From Myxococcota bacterium (GTDB lineage Bacteria > Myxococcota_A > UBA9042 > PHBI01 > JAWLBL01): 64,000 nt of DNA. Each line of letters starts with the position of its first letter. The first letter of the stretch is position 1. The notes beneath the pieces are model-generated. The model was given only the letters and a program-made list of their open reading frames with translations, searched no databases and had not been told where the DNA came from. The position numbers and the translations under genes were made by a program. Positions 36,225 to 45,489 of this stretch are shown in pieces. The stretch spans positions 128,001-192,000 of the forward strand of contig JAWLBL010000006.1 in the NCBI GenBank assembly GCA_041687695.1, read 5' to 3'.

Positions 36225-37415
36225 TCACGGCCGCGGGTGGGCCATGAAGAACTCCATGGCGATCTCGCCCCAGGTGAAGGCGTTGGGCGGCTGGCAGCCG
36301 AAGCCGACGATCTGGCCGGGGGCGCCGCCGTTCTGGTCGCCGCTGCCCGGGTAGCAGTGGCCGGTGATGAGGAGGGACTTGGCCAGGTAGTCGTGCGCCA
36401 CGAGCTCGTAGACGGCCCCGTTCGGGCCCTCGAAGCGGGTCCACTCGTGGTCGCCGTCCTTCGAGATCACCTGGGTCTGCTTCAGATCCCAGCCGTCGAC
36501 GACGGCCTCGTGCTGCAGCTCGGCGCAGGCCCAGCTGACGATGCCGTCCTTGCGCCCGTGCATGTACAGCACGGGGATGGGCTGCGAGGGCATCTGCCCC
36601 GCCGAGAAGGCGCACGCCGTCGCGCCCGACCACGAGCAGCCGGCCGCCGGCGCCACCGAGGCCAGCGCGTCGGCGTGCTCGCACAGAAAGCGCCAGGTCA
36701 TGAAGCCGCCCTGCGAGAAGCCCGTGAAGTGCAGGCGCTTTTCGTCGATGGCCAGGGCCTCGATGGCGCGCTGCACGAACTCCCAGACGTCGTCGTCGTC
36801 GCCGCCGGTGTTCGACCAGGCCGGCGGCAGCCCCTTGGCCGTGGGCTGCACGACGACGTAACCGTACTGCTTGCCGAGCGCGCGCATGTCCGTGTTGTCG
36901 TCCTGCATCTGCGCGCTCATCGTGAACCCGTGCACGTCGACCACCAGCCCGCACCCGCCCCCGGTGCACTGCGGCGGGATCTCGACGTCGAAGTCGAAGC
37001 CGAAGCAGCTGAAGAGGTGGTGGCCGGCCTCGACGCTGGTCACGCAGTCGTTCGGCGCCGGCGACGGACCCGGCGCCGCGTCGGCCACGGTCTCGGCCTC
37101 GGTGTCAGCCACGGTCTCGGCCTCGGCGTCAGCCACGGTCTCGGCCACGGCATCGGCCACGGTCTCGGCCTCGGCGTCAGCCACGGCCGCGGTCTCGGCC
37201 ACGGCGTCGGCCACGGCCACGGCCTCGGCCACGGCGTCGGCCACGGTCTCGGCCACGGCATCGGCCACGGTCACCGCGTCATCGGCCTCTCCGTCCGAAC
37301 GAGCCACGCTCTCGGCCTCGGCCGCCGCGTCGTCGCCCCCCGCGTCCCCCCCGATCACCGCGTCACCGCACGCCGCGACCAGCACCAGCCCGGCCCACCA
37401 CAGCGCCTCCCGCAT
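36225..37415 (-). CDS. Lipoprotein esterase, PHB depolymerase/LpqC-like
   Basis: Lipobox VAAC, Ala/Asp/Glu/Val linker, VVDVHG, TGFSQGG and MHGRKDGIV. Confidence 0.8.
   Translation of the reverse strand: MREALWWAGLVLVAACGDAVIGGDAGGDDAAAEAESVARSDGEADDAVTVADAVAETVADAVAEAVAVADAVAETAAVADAEAETVADAVAETVADAEAETVADTEAETVADAAPGPSPAPNDCVTSVEAGHHLFSCFGFDFDVEIPPQCTGGGCGLVVDVHGFTMSAQMQDDNTDMRALGKQYGYVVVQPTAKGLPPAWSNTGGDDDDVWEFVQRAIEALAIDEKRLHFTGFSQGGFMTWRFLCEHADALASVAPAAGCSWSGATACAFSAGQMPSQPIPVLYMHGRKDGIVSWACAELQHEAVVDGWDLKQTQVISKDGDHEWTRFEGPNGAVYELVAHDYLAKSLLITGHCYPGSGDQNGGAPGQIVGFGCQPPNAFTWGEIAMEFFMAHPRP
37081..37270. repeat. Hexamer-based low-complexity coding repeat (ADAVAETV-type linker)
   Basis: GGCCAC/GGTCTC/GGCGTC/GGCCTC hexamers on the + strand. 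Confidence 0.8.
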
Positions 37416-37548
37416 CGCTCCCCCCACGGCCTCGTCCGTCGCCCGCCATCCTACCTCACCCCACGGCGCCGGGAACAAGCCAAGCCCACCGTCGCTTGAC
37501 ACGGCCACGGCCGGGGCCGCCCAATGGCCCCCGCGGGAGGAGCACGGC

Positions 37549-38922
37549 ATGGCGCGCGACTGGGAGGATCTGGCGGGCGAGAAGGGGCAGGTGGTCCCCT
37601 CCGGCCGGCTCAAGCGGCTCTTCAAGATGGGCTCGCTGGGCGTCAGCATGTCCGCCTCGGTCGTCGCCCAGAAGATGGCCGGCTTCGTGTCGGGGCAGAA
37701 GGAGGGCGACGATCCGCTGTCGGCCCTGCGCGCCAAGCACGCCGACAAGGTCGTGAAGGTCCTGGGCGAGCTCAAGGGCGCGTCGATGAAGCTCGGGCAG
37801 ATCCTGTCGGCCGACCCGGACCTGGTCCCGGCCGAGTACGGCGACGCCCTGCGGGTCCTGCAGCGCAGCGCGCCGCCGATGACCTGGGCGACCATCCAGG
37901 CCCAGGTCGAGCGGGCCTTCGACCAGCCCATCTCGGCCGTCTACCGCTTCTTCGATCCCGAGCCCATCGGCTCGGCCTCCATCGGGCAGGTCCACCGCGC
38001 GACGCTGATGAGCGGCGAGGACGTCGCCGTGAAGATCCAGTACCCGGGCGTGCTCGAGTCGCTCGAGGCGGATCTCAAGAACCTGGGGTCGCTGCTGACC
38101 CTGGGCCGCGCCTTCGTCGACAAGCGGCGCCTCGACGAGTACCTGGCCGAGTGCCGCAAGGCGGTCATCGAGGAGGCCGACTACGAGCTCGAGGCCCGCA
38201 ACCTGCGCCGCTTCCACGAGCTGCTGCAGGACCGGGAGGGGCTGCGCGCGCCGCGCCCGTACGAGGAGTGGACCCGCCCCACGGTGCTGACGATGGAGCT
38301 CGTCCACGGCACCAAGCTCGACGAGGCCGTCGCCGCCATGGACGACGGGCCGCGCCGCCAGGCCCTGCTCGAGCGCTGGGTCCGCGCCTACGTCTGGATG
38401 TTTCACGAGCTGTTCCAGCTGCACGCCGACCCGCACCCGGGCAACTTCCTGGTCGACGCCGACGACACGCTGGTCATGCTGGACTTCGGCTGCGTCAAGG
38501 CGTGCGATCCGACCTTCGCCGACGGCATCCTGAGCGTGATGGACGCCTGCTGGCAGCGCGACGCGCAGCGGGTCGCGCGCCTGTACCGCGAGCTGGGCTT
38601 CGGCAAGGCCGGCGAGCGCGAGGACGCGTTCGACCCCGAGCTGCTCCGCCAGTACCACGACATGCTGCTCGCGCCCTTCCTGCTCGACCGCGAGTTCGAC
38701 TTCGGCGCCTGGGGCCTGCGCGACCAGATGCAGCGCTTCATGCTGCGCCACCCGCGCTTCATCCGCATGGTCCCGCCGGCCGAGGCCGTCCTTGTCGCCC
38801 GCGTCATGAGCGGCATCAAGGGCCTGCTCGCCCGCTCGGGCGCCAAGCTCAACGTGCACCGCATCGCCCTCGAGACCGCCGAGCGCCGCGGCGTCCTGAC
38901 CGGCCCGCCGACCTACCGCTGA
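37549..38922 (+). CDS. ABC1/UbiB (AarF) family atypical kinase
   Basis: KGASMKLGQ, SASIGQVHRA, VAVKIQYPG, HADPHPGNF and LDFG motifs. GGAGGAG RBS. Confidence 0.92.
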   Translation: MARDWEDLAGEKGQVVPSGRLKRLFKMGSLGVSMSASVVAQKMAGFVSGQKEGDDPLSALRAKHADKVVKVLGELKGASMKLGQILSADPDLVPAEYGDALRVLQRSAPPMTWATIQAQVERAFDQPISAVYRFFDPEPIGSASIGQVHRATLMSGEDVAVKIQYPGVLESLEADLKNLGSLLTLGRAFVDKRRLDEYLAECRKAVIEEADYELEARNLRRFHELLQDREGLRAPRPYEEWTRPTVLTMELVHGTKLDEAVAAMDDGPRRQALLERWVRAYVWMFHELFQLHADPHPGNFLVDADDTLVMLDFGCVKACDPTFADGILSVMDACWQRDAQRVARLYRELGFGKAGEREDAFDPELLRQYHDMLLAPFLLDREFDFGAWGLRDQMQRFMLRHPRFIRMVPPAEAVLVARVMSGIKGLLARSGAKLNVHRIALETAERRGVLTGPPTYR

Positions 38923-38947
38923 CGCGCCGCGGCCGGACCCCGGCTGG

Positions 38948-39257
38948 GTGGCCGTGGACCGTGGCCGAGGCCGAGGCCGTCCGTCGCGGTGGCGCCCGAC
39001 CTGGCGCGTAGCGAGCTGCGCGACCCACGAGCACGAGCAAGCTCGTGCAGTCCAGACGCAGCGTCCCGATGTGGCGGCCAAGGCCTCGGCCACGGTCCAC
39101 GGCACAGTCCACGGCCACGGTCCACGGCCACGGTCCACGGCCACGGTCCACGGCCACGGTCCACGGCCACGGTCCACGGCCACGGTCCACGGCCACGGAC
39201 CACGGTCTCGGCCTCGGTCCCTCGGCCACTGCCCACGGCCTCGGCCACGGCCACGGT
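38948..39257. repeat. Composite intergenic repeat: inverted arms, REP-like core and 13-bp tandem array
   Basis: 38951-38972 is the reverse complement of 39082-39103. Palindrome GCACGAG-CAAG-CTCGTGC at 39031-39048. Seven perfect TCCACGGCCACGG copies at 39108-39198. Confidence 0.88.
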
Positions 39258-39389
39258 CATCGCGTCAGAGGATGCGCAGAGGGTCGCAGTCCAGGCCTGA
39301 CGCCCCCCTTCCGATCCCGATCGTTAGCCCCGGCCGGGGAAGTTGCCCCTGTGGGCGCGGGCCGCTAGCTTGGCCGCCCGGAGGCCCGC

Positions 39390-40940
39390 ATGATCCGCTC
39401 GCTCGGCGAGGCCCTGGCGCGCTTCGCTGGCCGCTGGGTGCCCGACCCGTTCTCCATCGCCCTCACGCTGACCGTCCTGTCGCTCCTCGCCGCCTGGGCC
39501 TTCACCGGCCTCGGCCCCCTCGAGCTGGCCGGCCTGTGGGGCGGCCGCGTCCGGGACGGCGCGCTGCTGCCCGGCGAGCAGGGCCTGTGGCGCCTGCTCG
39601 AGTTCGCGATGCAGATGTGCCTCATCCTGGTGACCGGCCACGCCCTGGCCTCGTCGCGTCCGGTCCGCGCCCTGGTCGGCCGCCTGGCCGCCGTCCCGCG
39701 CACCGCCCGCCAGGCCGTCGCCCTGACCGCCCTCACCGCCATGCTGGCCGCCCTGGTCAACTGGGGCCTCGGCCTCGTGGTCGGCGCCCTGACCGCCCGC
39801 GAGGTGGGCCTGGCTGCGCGCCGCCGCGGCCTGCGTGTGCACTACCCGCTGCTGGGCGCGGCCGGCTACGCGGGGCTGATGGTGTGGCACGGCGGCCTGT
39901 CCGGCTCGGCCCCGCTGACCGTCACGCAAGAGGGCAAGCTGGCGGCCCTGCTCGGCGATCCCACGCTGCCGCCCATCCCGCTGGGCGAGACCCTGTTCAG
40001 CCCGATGAACCTGACCGTCACGGCCGCGCTCTTGATCGCCGCGCCGGCCCTGCTGGCCCTGATGCTGCCCCGCGACCCCGCCCAGATCGTCGAGGTCGAC
40101 CCCGCGGTCGCGCCCGAGGAGGCTGTAGTGAACAATGGGGTTCGTCGGATCCGCGTCGAGGTCGGAGCAGATCCGGTTCCGGGAGACCGAGGTGAACCGG
40201 GCGGTTCGCCGCAGCGTCTCCCGGGGCCGGAGCTGCCCGAGATCGGCCGGAGCCGGCGAATCAGCTTGTTCACTGCAGCCTCCGAACCCCCGCCCGCCGC
40301 CGCCGCTGCCCCGACCACGCCCGCGGAGCGCCTCGACCGCTCGCGCCTGCTCGCCTTCGTCGTCGGCGGCCTCGGCCTCGCCTACCTGGTCCGCTACCTG
40401 GGCCTCATCGGCTGGGACAAGGCCGACCTCAACAGCGTCAACCTGCTGTTCCTGTCGCTGGGCCTCCTCCTGCACGCCAGCCCCGTCGCCTACGGCGCCG
40501 CCATCGCCGACGCCGCCCGCGGCGCCTCGGGCATCATCCTGCAGTTCCCCTTCTACGCCGGCATCATGGGCGTGATGGCCCTGTCGGGCCTCCTCGAGGA
40601 CGTGGCCCGCGCGGTGGTCGACGTGTCGGGGCCGCTGTCCTACGGCCCGCTGACCTTCGCCTCGGCCGGCGCCGTCAACCTGTTCGTGCCCTCGGGCGGC
40701 GGCCAGTGGGCCATCCAGGGCCCGCTGGTGCTCGACGCCGCGCGCGCCCTGGACGTGCCGCTGGGCAAGGCCGTGATGGCCTTCAGCTACGGCGACGAGT
40801 GGACCAACATGCTGCAGCCGTTCTGGGCCCTGCCGCTGCTGGCCATCACGGGCCTGACCGCGCGAGACCTCATCGGCTACACGGCGGCCCTGATGCTGCT
40901 CTCGGCGCCCATCTACCTGGGCGCGCTGCTGGTCTTCTGA
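39390..40940 (+). CDS. atoE: Short-chain fatty acid transporter (AtoE/TIGR00366 family) carrying an in-frame insertion
   Basis: PDPF, FAMQMCLILVTGHALA, NWGLGL, HYPLL, GLSGSAPL, QFPFYAGIMG, VPSGGGQW and WTNMLQPFWALP motifs. Confidence 0.88.
   Translation: MIRSLGEALARFAGRWVPDPFSIALTLTVLSLLAAWAFTGLGPLELAGLWGGRVRDGALLPGEQGLWRLLEFAMQMCLILVTGHALASSRPVRALVGRLAAVPRTARQAVALTALTAMLAALVNWGLGLVVGALTAREVGLAARRRGLRVHYPLLGAAGYAGLMVWHGGLSGSAPLTVTQEGKLAALLGDPTLPPIPLGETLFSPMNLTVTAALLIAAPALLALMLPRDPAQIVEVDPAVAPEEAVVNNGVRRIRVEVGADPVPGDRGEPGGSPQRLPGPELPEIGRSRRISLFTAASEPPPAAAAAPTTPAERLDRSRLLAFVVGGLGLAYLVRYLGLIGWDKADLNSVNLLFLSLGLLLHASPVAYGAAIADAARGASGIILQFPFYAGIMGVMALSGLLEDVARAVVDVSGPLSYGPLTFASAGAVNLFVPSGGGQWAIQGPLVLDAARALDVPLGKAVMAFSYGDEWTNMLQPFWALPLLAITGLTARDLIGYTAALMLLSAPIYLGALLVF
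40118..40283. mobile_element. MITE-like element with 18-bp terminal inverted repeats, inserted in-frame in atoE
   Basis: Left end GGAGGCTGTAGTGAACAA (40118-40135), right end TTGTTCACTGCAGCCTCC (40266-40283), one mismatch. Flanked by GA/GA. Codon usage drops from the G/C-ending pattern only inside the element. Confidence 0.82.
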
Positions 40941-41314
40941 TGGCCCACCGCGTGTTCGTCTACGGCTCGCTGATGGGCGGGCTGCGCTACCACGCGCTGC
41001 TGGCCGGCGCGCAGGCGCTTGGGCCGGCACGCACGGCCGAGCCGCTGCGGATGCTGGATCTGGGCGACTGGCCGGGGCTGCGCGAGGGCGGGGGCGGGCC
41101 GGTCGAGGGCGAGCTGTACGAGGTGGACGACGCGACGCTGGCCGAGCTGGACCAGCTCGAGGACGTGCCCTCGCTGTACGTGCGGCGCCGGATTGCGCTG
41201 GACGGCGGCGGGACAGCGTGGATCTACATCCTGGCGGCGGGTTGCGGGCTCGACGGGCCGGTCGTCGCCGGCGGCTGCTGGCGTGCCCATCTGGCGCGGC
41301 GCAGTGTGACGTGA
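40940..41314 (+). CDS. Gamma-glutamylcyclotransferase (AIG2-like/YtfP) family protein
   Basis: VFVYGSL, VEGELYEV, LDQLE and YVRRRI motifs. TGATG overlap with atoE. Confidence 0.88.
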   Translation: MAHRVFVYGSLMGGLRYHALLAGAQALGPARTAEPLRMLDLGDWPGLREGGGGPVEGELYEVDDATLAELDQLEDVPSLYVRRRIALDGGGTAWIYILAAGCGLDGPVVAGGCWRAHLARRSVT

Positions 41315-41392
41315 ATGTCGCGAGTGTGGTCGAATTACACATGCCAGGCGGCCGCGGGGCGCCTGCGCGGCTGGCTCTGGTGGGGCGGCGCC

Positions 41393-41408
41393 TGGCATAC
41401 TGATTGCT
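41393..41408 (+). promoter_or_regulatory. Sigma54 (-24/-12) promoter
   Basis: TGGCATACTGATTGCT with GG-N10-GC spacing, ending about 56 bp upstream of the ATG at 41465. Confidence 0.72.
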
Positions 41409-41464
41409 AAGTCATTCGCTGCGGCCGGAAATGGGGCCAGCCGCGCACACAGCGGGAGGGAACG

Positions 41465-43441
41465 ATGGACACGCGCAGGGGCACAGGGAGCTGTAGCAGG
41501 GCCGTGGGCCTGGGGATCGCGGCGTTCGCGATGCTCGGCGTCGCGGGCGGCTGCTTGACGCCGGACAAGGCCGGCATGGGCGAGGACGACGCGAAGGGGA
41601 CGATCGACGCCAGCGACGACACGGGCGGCAAGGTCGACGTGTCGGGCGGCGGAGATGACGTGACCCCGGGGGCGTGCATCACCGCCAGCGATTGCAAAGG
41701 GCTGGCGCACCCCGACTGCGAGGGCACCTGGGCCTGCGAGGCGGCCGCGTGTGTCTGGCACTGCGACGTGACGCCCACGACCTGCGTGAGCGACGACGAC
41801 TGCGTGGAAGGCGCCCAGTGCGTCGAGGGCGAGTGCCAGCCGGTGAGCCCGCCGCAGTGCGGGCCCGGCGCCGAGTGCCCGCCCAACGCGGTGTGCGAGG
41901 ACGGCGTGTGCGTCGAGGTGACGCCCAGCGGCTGCCAGAGCGACGCCGACTGCCAGGAAGGCTACCTGTGCGAGCTCGCGCCGTGCGCCGCGCCGTGCGA
42001 CTGCGGGCCGAGCGACTCCGACTGCGCGTGTGAGCCGTGCCTGGGCGCCGGCACCTGCGTGGCCAAGCAGCCGCCGGTCGGCGAGTGCACCTACGACGAC
42101 CAGTGCGGGCCGGGCGAGCGCTGCAACGCGGCCGAGGTCTGCCTGCCGGGGCCGGGCTCTGGCGGCGGCGGCGGCGGGGCCGAGATGCCCGCGATCTGCT
42201 GGGGCGAGTGCGTGCCGGACACGAACGAGCCCGAGTGCTACGTCAGCTCCGACTGCGGCGTCGGCTACCTCTGCGACACGAGCTGCGGGGGAGACGGCCA
42301 GAAGATGATCCCGCCGTCCGACGGCGGCGACGGCATCGTGGCCTGCCCGGGCCAGTGCGTCCCCGACCCGAACGCGAACACCTGCTCGTCGGACTTCGAC
42401 TGCAAGGAAGGCTACACGTGCGCCTGGGTGTCGTGCTTCGCCATGCCGGGCGAGGACCCGGCGCCGCCGCCGTGCCCCGGGATGTGCGTGCCCGCGCAGC
42501 CGACCGGCGAGTGCACGAGCGACCTCGAGTGCGGGCCGGACCAGTTCTGCGCGTTTTACGCGTGCACCGACTGCGCCTGCCCGGACAACGAGCCCTGCGA
42601 CTGCGAGGCCGGCTGCTGGGGCTACTGCAAGGCCAAGGACCCCGTCGTGGTGTGCCTCGAGGACGGGGACTGCCCCAAGGGCAGCAGCTGCCAGTGCGTC
42701 TACGACCCCACCTGCGTCGAGTGCGACGGCTGCCTGAACCAGTGCGTCCCGGACGCGCCGATGGGCTGCACGTCCGACGACCAGTGCGCCGACGGCGAGA
42801 TCTGCGTCATCGGCCTGTGCCCGCCATGCCTGCCGGACGAGCCGTGCCCGCCGTGCACGGGCTCCTGCCAGCCGGACTGGAGCGGCGGCCAGTGCAACAC
42901 CGACGCGGACTGCGCCGAAGGCAGCAGCTGCCAGTGCATGCCCGACCCGAACTGCCCGGCGTGCGCGGTGTGTGTCTTCCAGTGCGTGCCCGACGCCCCG
43001 CAGGGCTGCACGTCGGACGCCGAGTGCGGCGACGGCGCCTTCTGCGACATGAGCGCCTGCGGCGCCTGGTTCATCCCGTGCGACCCGGCGACCGGCTGCG
43101 GCGGCTGCGAGGGCGTGTGCACGCCCAAGGAGACGCCGAAGGCGTGCACCTGGAACGGCGAGTGCGCGCCCGGACAGAAGTGCGAGTTCACCGAGCCGTG
43201 CACGGACGACGGGATCTGCCACGGGCAGTGCGTCGACACGCAGCCGGGCGAGTGCGTGGTGTCGGGCTGCTCCGGTGAGATCTGCGCGGCCGAGGCGATG
43301 GACTCGCCGTGCGTCTATCAGGCCTGGTACGAGTGCCTGCAGTACGCCCAGTGCGGCACCACGGCCGACGGCAGCTGCGGCTGGGTCGGCGACGAGCTGT
43401 TCGAGCAGTGCATGATCGAGAAGAAGGGCGGTGCCTTCTGA
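41465..43441 (+). CDS. Cys-rich exported protein/lipoprotein with C-terminal eight-cysteine-cluster-like domain
   Basis: GGGAGGG RBS, signal ending AGGC, many C-x-S-D-x-D-C-x-x-G-x-x-C repeats, and C-terminal CVVSGCSGEIC...C...C...CGW. Confidence 0.85.
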   Translation: MDTRRGTGSCSRAVGLGIAAFAMLGVAGGCLTPDKAGMGEDDAKGTIDASDDTGGKVDVSGGGDDVTPGACITASDCKGLAHPDCEGTWACEAAACVWHCDVTPTTCVSDDDCVEGAQCVEGECQPVSPPQCGPGAECPPNAVCEDGVCVEVTPSGCQSDADCQEGYLCELAPCAAPCDCGPSDSDCACEPCLGAGTCVAKQPPVGECTYDDQCGPGERCNAAEVCLPGPGSGGGGGGAEMPAICWGECVPDTNEPECYVSSDCGVGYLCDTSCGGDGQKMIPPSDGGDGIVACPGQCVPDPNANTCSSDFDCKEGYTCAWVSCFAMPGEDPAPPPCPGMCVPAQPTGECTSDLECGPDQFCAFYACTDCACPDNEPCDCEAGCWGYCKAKDPVVVCLEDGDCPKGSSCQCVYDPTCVECDGCLNQCVPDAPMGCTSDDQCADGEICVIGLCPPCLPDEPCPPCTGSCQPDWSGGQCNTDADCAEGSSCQCMPDPNCPACAVCVFQCVPDAPQGCTSDAECGDGAFCDMSACGAWFIPCDPATGCGGCEGVCTPKETPKACTWNGECAPGQKCEFTEPCTDDGICHGQCVDTQPGECVVSGCSGEICAAEAMDSPCVYQAWYECLQYAQCGTTADGSCGWVGDELFEQCMIEKKGGAF

Positions 43442-43557
43442 GGCGGTGACCCGGGTAGCACGTCGGGGGCGTTCGGTTTCGGCCGGGCGCCCTCGGCGTT
43501 TCGAAGGCCGCGCCGGCCCCATGGACGGGCGGCGGGGCGGCGCGGTATCACTGGTCC

Positions 43558-45384
43558 ATGCGCATCCATCGCTGGTCGCTCCTCATCGCCGGCCTGTGGC
43601 TCCTCGCCGCGTGCGGCGACCCCGGCAGCCCGTCCCAGGTCCACGACACCGGGGCCGACGTCACGGCCGACGCCGAGGCCGACACGGCCCCGGATCCGGA
43701 CACGGCCACCGACACGGCCACGGACCCGGACACGGCCTCGAACACGGACACGGCCACCGATACGGCCACCGACGCGGACACGGCCCCGGACACGGCCCCC
43801 GACACGGCCCCCGACACGGCCACCGACACGGCCACCGACACGGCCACGGCCACGGACTCGGCCACGGCCACGGACTCGGCCACCGATACGGCCACGGCCC
43901 CGGACACGGCCCCGGACACGGCCACCGACCCCGACACCGGCCCCGTCCCCGATCCCTTCGCCTGCCCAGCCCCTCCGGCCGACCTCCCGACCCCTGCCAT
44001 CACCGGCTCCGGCCGCTGGCGCTTCATCGCCCCGCTCTCCGTCCCCGGCCTGCACCCGCGCGGCGCCCGCGTCTACCTGCCCGCCGGCTACGACGCCGAC
44101 CCCGACGCCCGCTACCCCGTCCTGTACCTGCACGACGGCCAGAACCTCTTCCACGGCGCCGACGCGGCGTTCGGCGTCGCCTGGGAGGTCGACGAGGCCC
44201 TGGACGCCCTGACCGCCGCCGGCCTGGTCGAGCCCACCATCGTGGTCGGCGTCGACAACACCCCCGAGCGCATCGACGACTACACCCCGACCTGGGCCGC
44301 CAACTACCAACAGGGCGGCAAGGCCCCGCTGTACGCCGAGCTCCTGCTGGACGTCTTGAAGCCCGTCGTCGACGCCCACTTCCGCACCCAGTGCGGTCCC
44401 TCGCGCACGGCCCTGGGCGGCTCCAGCCTGGGCGGCCTGGTCAGCCTGTTCATCGCCCTCGAGCACCCCGGCGTCTTCGGCCGCGTCGCCGCCGTCTCGC
44501 CGTCCCTGTGGTGGGACGATCAGTGGATGCTGAAGGCCTTCGACGCCTACGAGGGCCCCTTGCCCGAGCGGCTGTGGCTGGACGCCGGCCTGGACGAGGC
44601 CAAGCCCGCCATCGCCGGCGTCCCCGGCGTCGCCGCCCTGGCCCGCGTCGCCCGCGACCGCGCGCTGGCCCTCGGGATGACCATGGGCGACGCGCTGGGC
44701 TACCTCGAGGATCCCGGCGCCGCGCACAACGAGGCCGCCTGGCAGGGGCGCCTGCCGGCCATCCTGGCCTTCCTGCTGGGCGACGCCCGCCCGGCGGACG
44801 TCCCCGCGACCAGCCTGCACCTGCACGTCCTGGGCAGCTTCCTGGCGCTGGACCCCGGACCCCAAACGACCAGCGTCTCGATCGAGGCGCGCCACGGGGA
44901 CATCCTGCGGCTGACGTGGCCACACCCGACCTTCGAGATGACCAGCACCAAGCCCGAGGTGGCGACCCTGGCCGCCGACGGCACGCTGACGGCGCAGGCG
45001 GTCGGCACCGCGCCCCTCGAGGCCGTGGGGTTGGGCCTCGTCGCCACGAACGACGTCGAGGTCCGCGCCGAAGACCACGTGAAGGTGACCTTCCTGGTCA
45101 CGGTGCCCTGGTGGACGCCCCTCGAGGACACCATCCACGTCTCGGGCAACCACCCGTCGCTGGGCGACTGGGACGGCGTCGGGCTGGCGCTGACGCCGAC
45201 CGGCGGCAACGCTTGGATGGGCAGCGTGTTGGTCCCGTGGGGGTACGATCTGGCCTACAAGGTGACCCGCGGCAGCTGGGCCACGGTCGAAAAGGGCGAG
45301 AGCGGCGAGGAGCTGGCCAACCGGACGGTGTGGGCCGGCGACGATCTCGCCCTGGACGTGGTGGTGCTCGGCTGGGCGCCGTGA
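43558..45384 (+). CDS. Lipoprotein alpha/beta-hydrolase (esterase) with Ig-like and C-terminal CBM20-like domains
   Basis: Lipobox LAAC, Asp/Thr/Ala linker, YPVLYLHDGQN, GGSSLGG, HNEAAW. CBM20-like IHVSGNHPSLGDW...YKVTRGSWATVEK. Confidence 0.85.
   Translation: MRIHRWSLLIAGLWLLAACGDPGSPSQVHDTGADVTADAEADTAPDPDTATDTATDPDTASNTDTATDTATDADTAPDTAPDTAPDTATDTATDTATATDSATATDSATDTATAPDTAPDTATDPDTGPVPDPFACPAPPADLPTPAITGSGRWRFIAPLSVPGLHPRGARVYLPAGYDADPDARYPVLYLHDGQNLFHGADAAFGVAWEVDEALDALTAAGLVEPTIVVGVDNTPERIDDYTPTWAANYQQGGKAPLYAELLLDVLKPVVDAHFRTQCGPSRTALGGSSLGGLVSLFIALEHPGVFGRVAAVSPSLWWDDQWMLKAFDAYEGPLPERLWLDAGLDEAKPAIAGVPGVAALARVARDRALALGMTMGDALGYLEDPGAAHNEAAWQGRLPAILAFLLGDARPADVPATSLHLHVLGSFLALDPGPQTTSVSIEARHGDILRLTWPHPTFEMTSTKPEVATLAADGTLTAQAVGTAPLEAVGLGLVATNDVEVRAEDHVKVTFLVTVPWWTPLEDTIHVSGNHPSLGDWDGVGLALTPTGGNAWMGSVLVPWGYDLAYKVTRGSWATVEKGESGEELANRTVWAGDDLALDVVVLGWAP
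43681..43938. repeat. Hexamer-based low-complexity coding repeat (DTAT/DTAP linker)
   Basis: GACACG/GCCACC/GCCACG/GCCCCG units on the + strand. Confidence 0.8.
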
Positions 45385-45489
45385 GGCGGAAGGGTGCGCC
45401 CCGCCCGGGTGTTCGGAACCTGTGACGGCCGGAGGCTCGGCCGCGCCTCGGGCGAGGCGCGGGGAGGCTCGGCGAAAGGCTCGACAAGC

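Noticed and set aside
38849..39368. Short ORFs with HGHGPRPRSTATV / VAVDRGRGPWPWT repeats
   Set aside because: They are translations of the 13-bp DNA repeat, which is stop-free in all frames, and they lack RBS or codon support.
34220..41314. Dedicated gamma-glutamyl cycle cluster (GCS2-CBS plus gamma-glutamylcyclotransferase)
   Set aside because: The two genes are ~5 kb apart and separated by unrelated genes on both strands, so nothing in the sequence links them.
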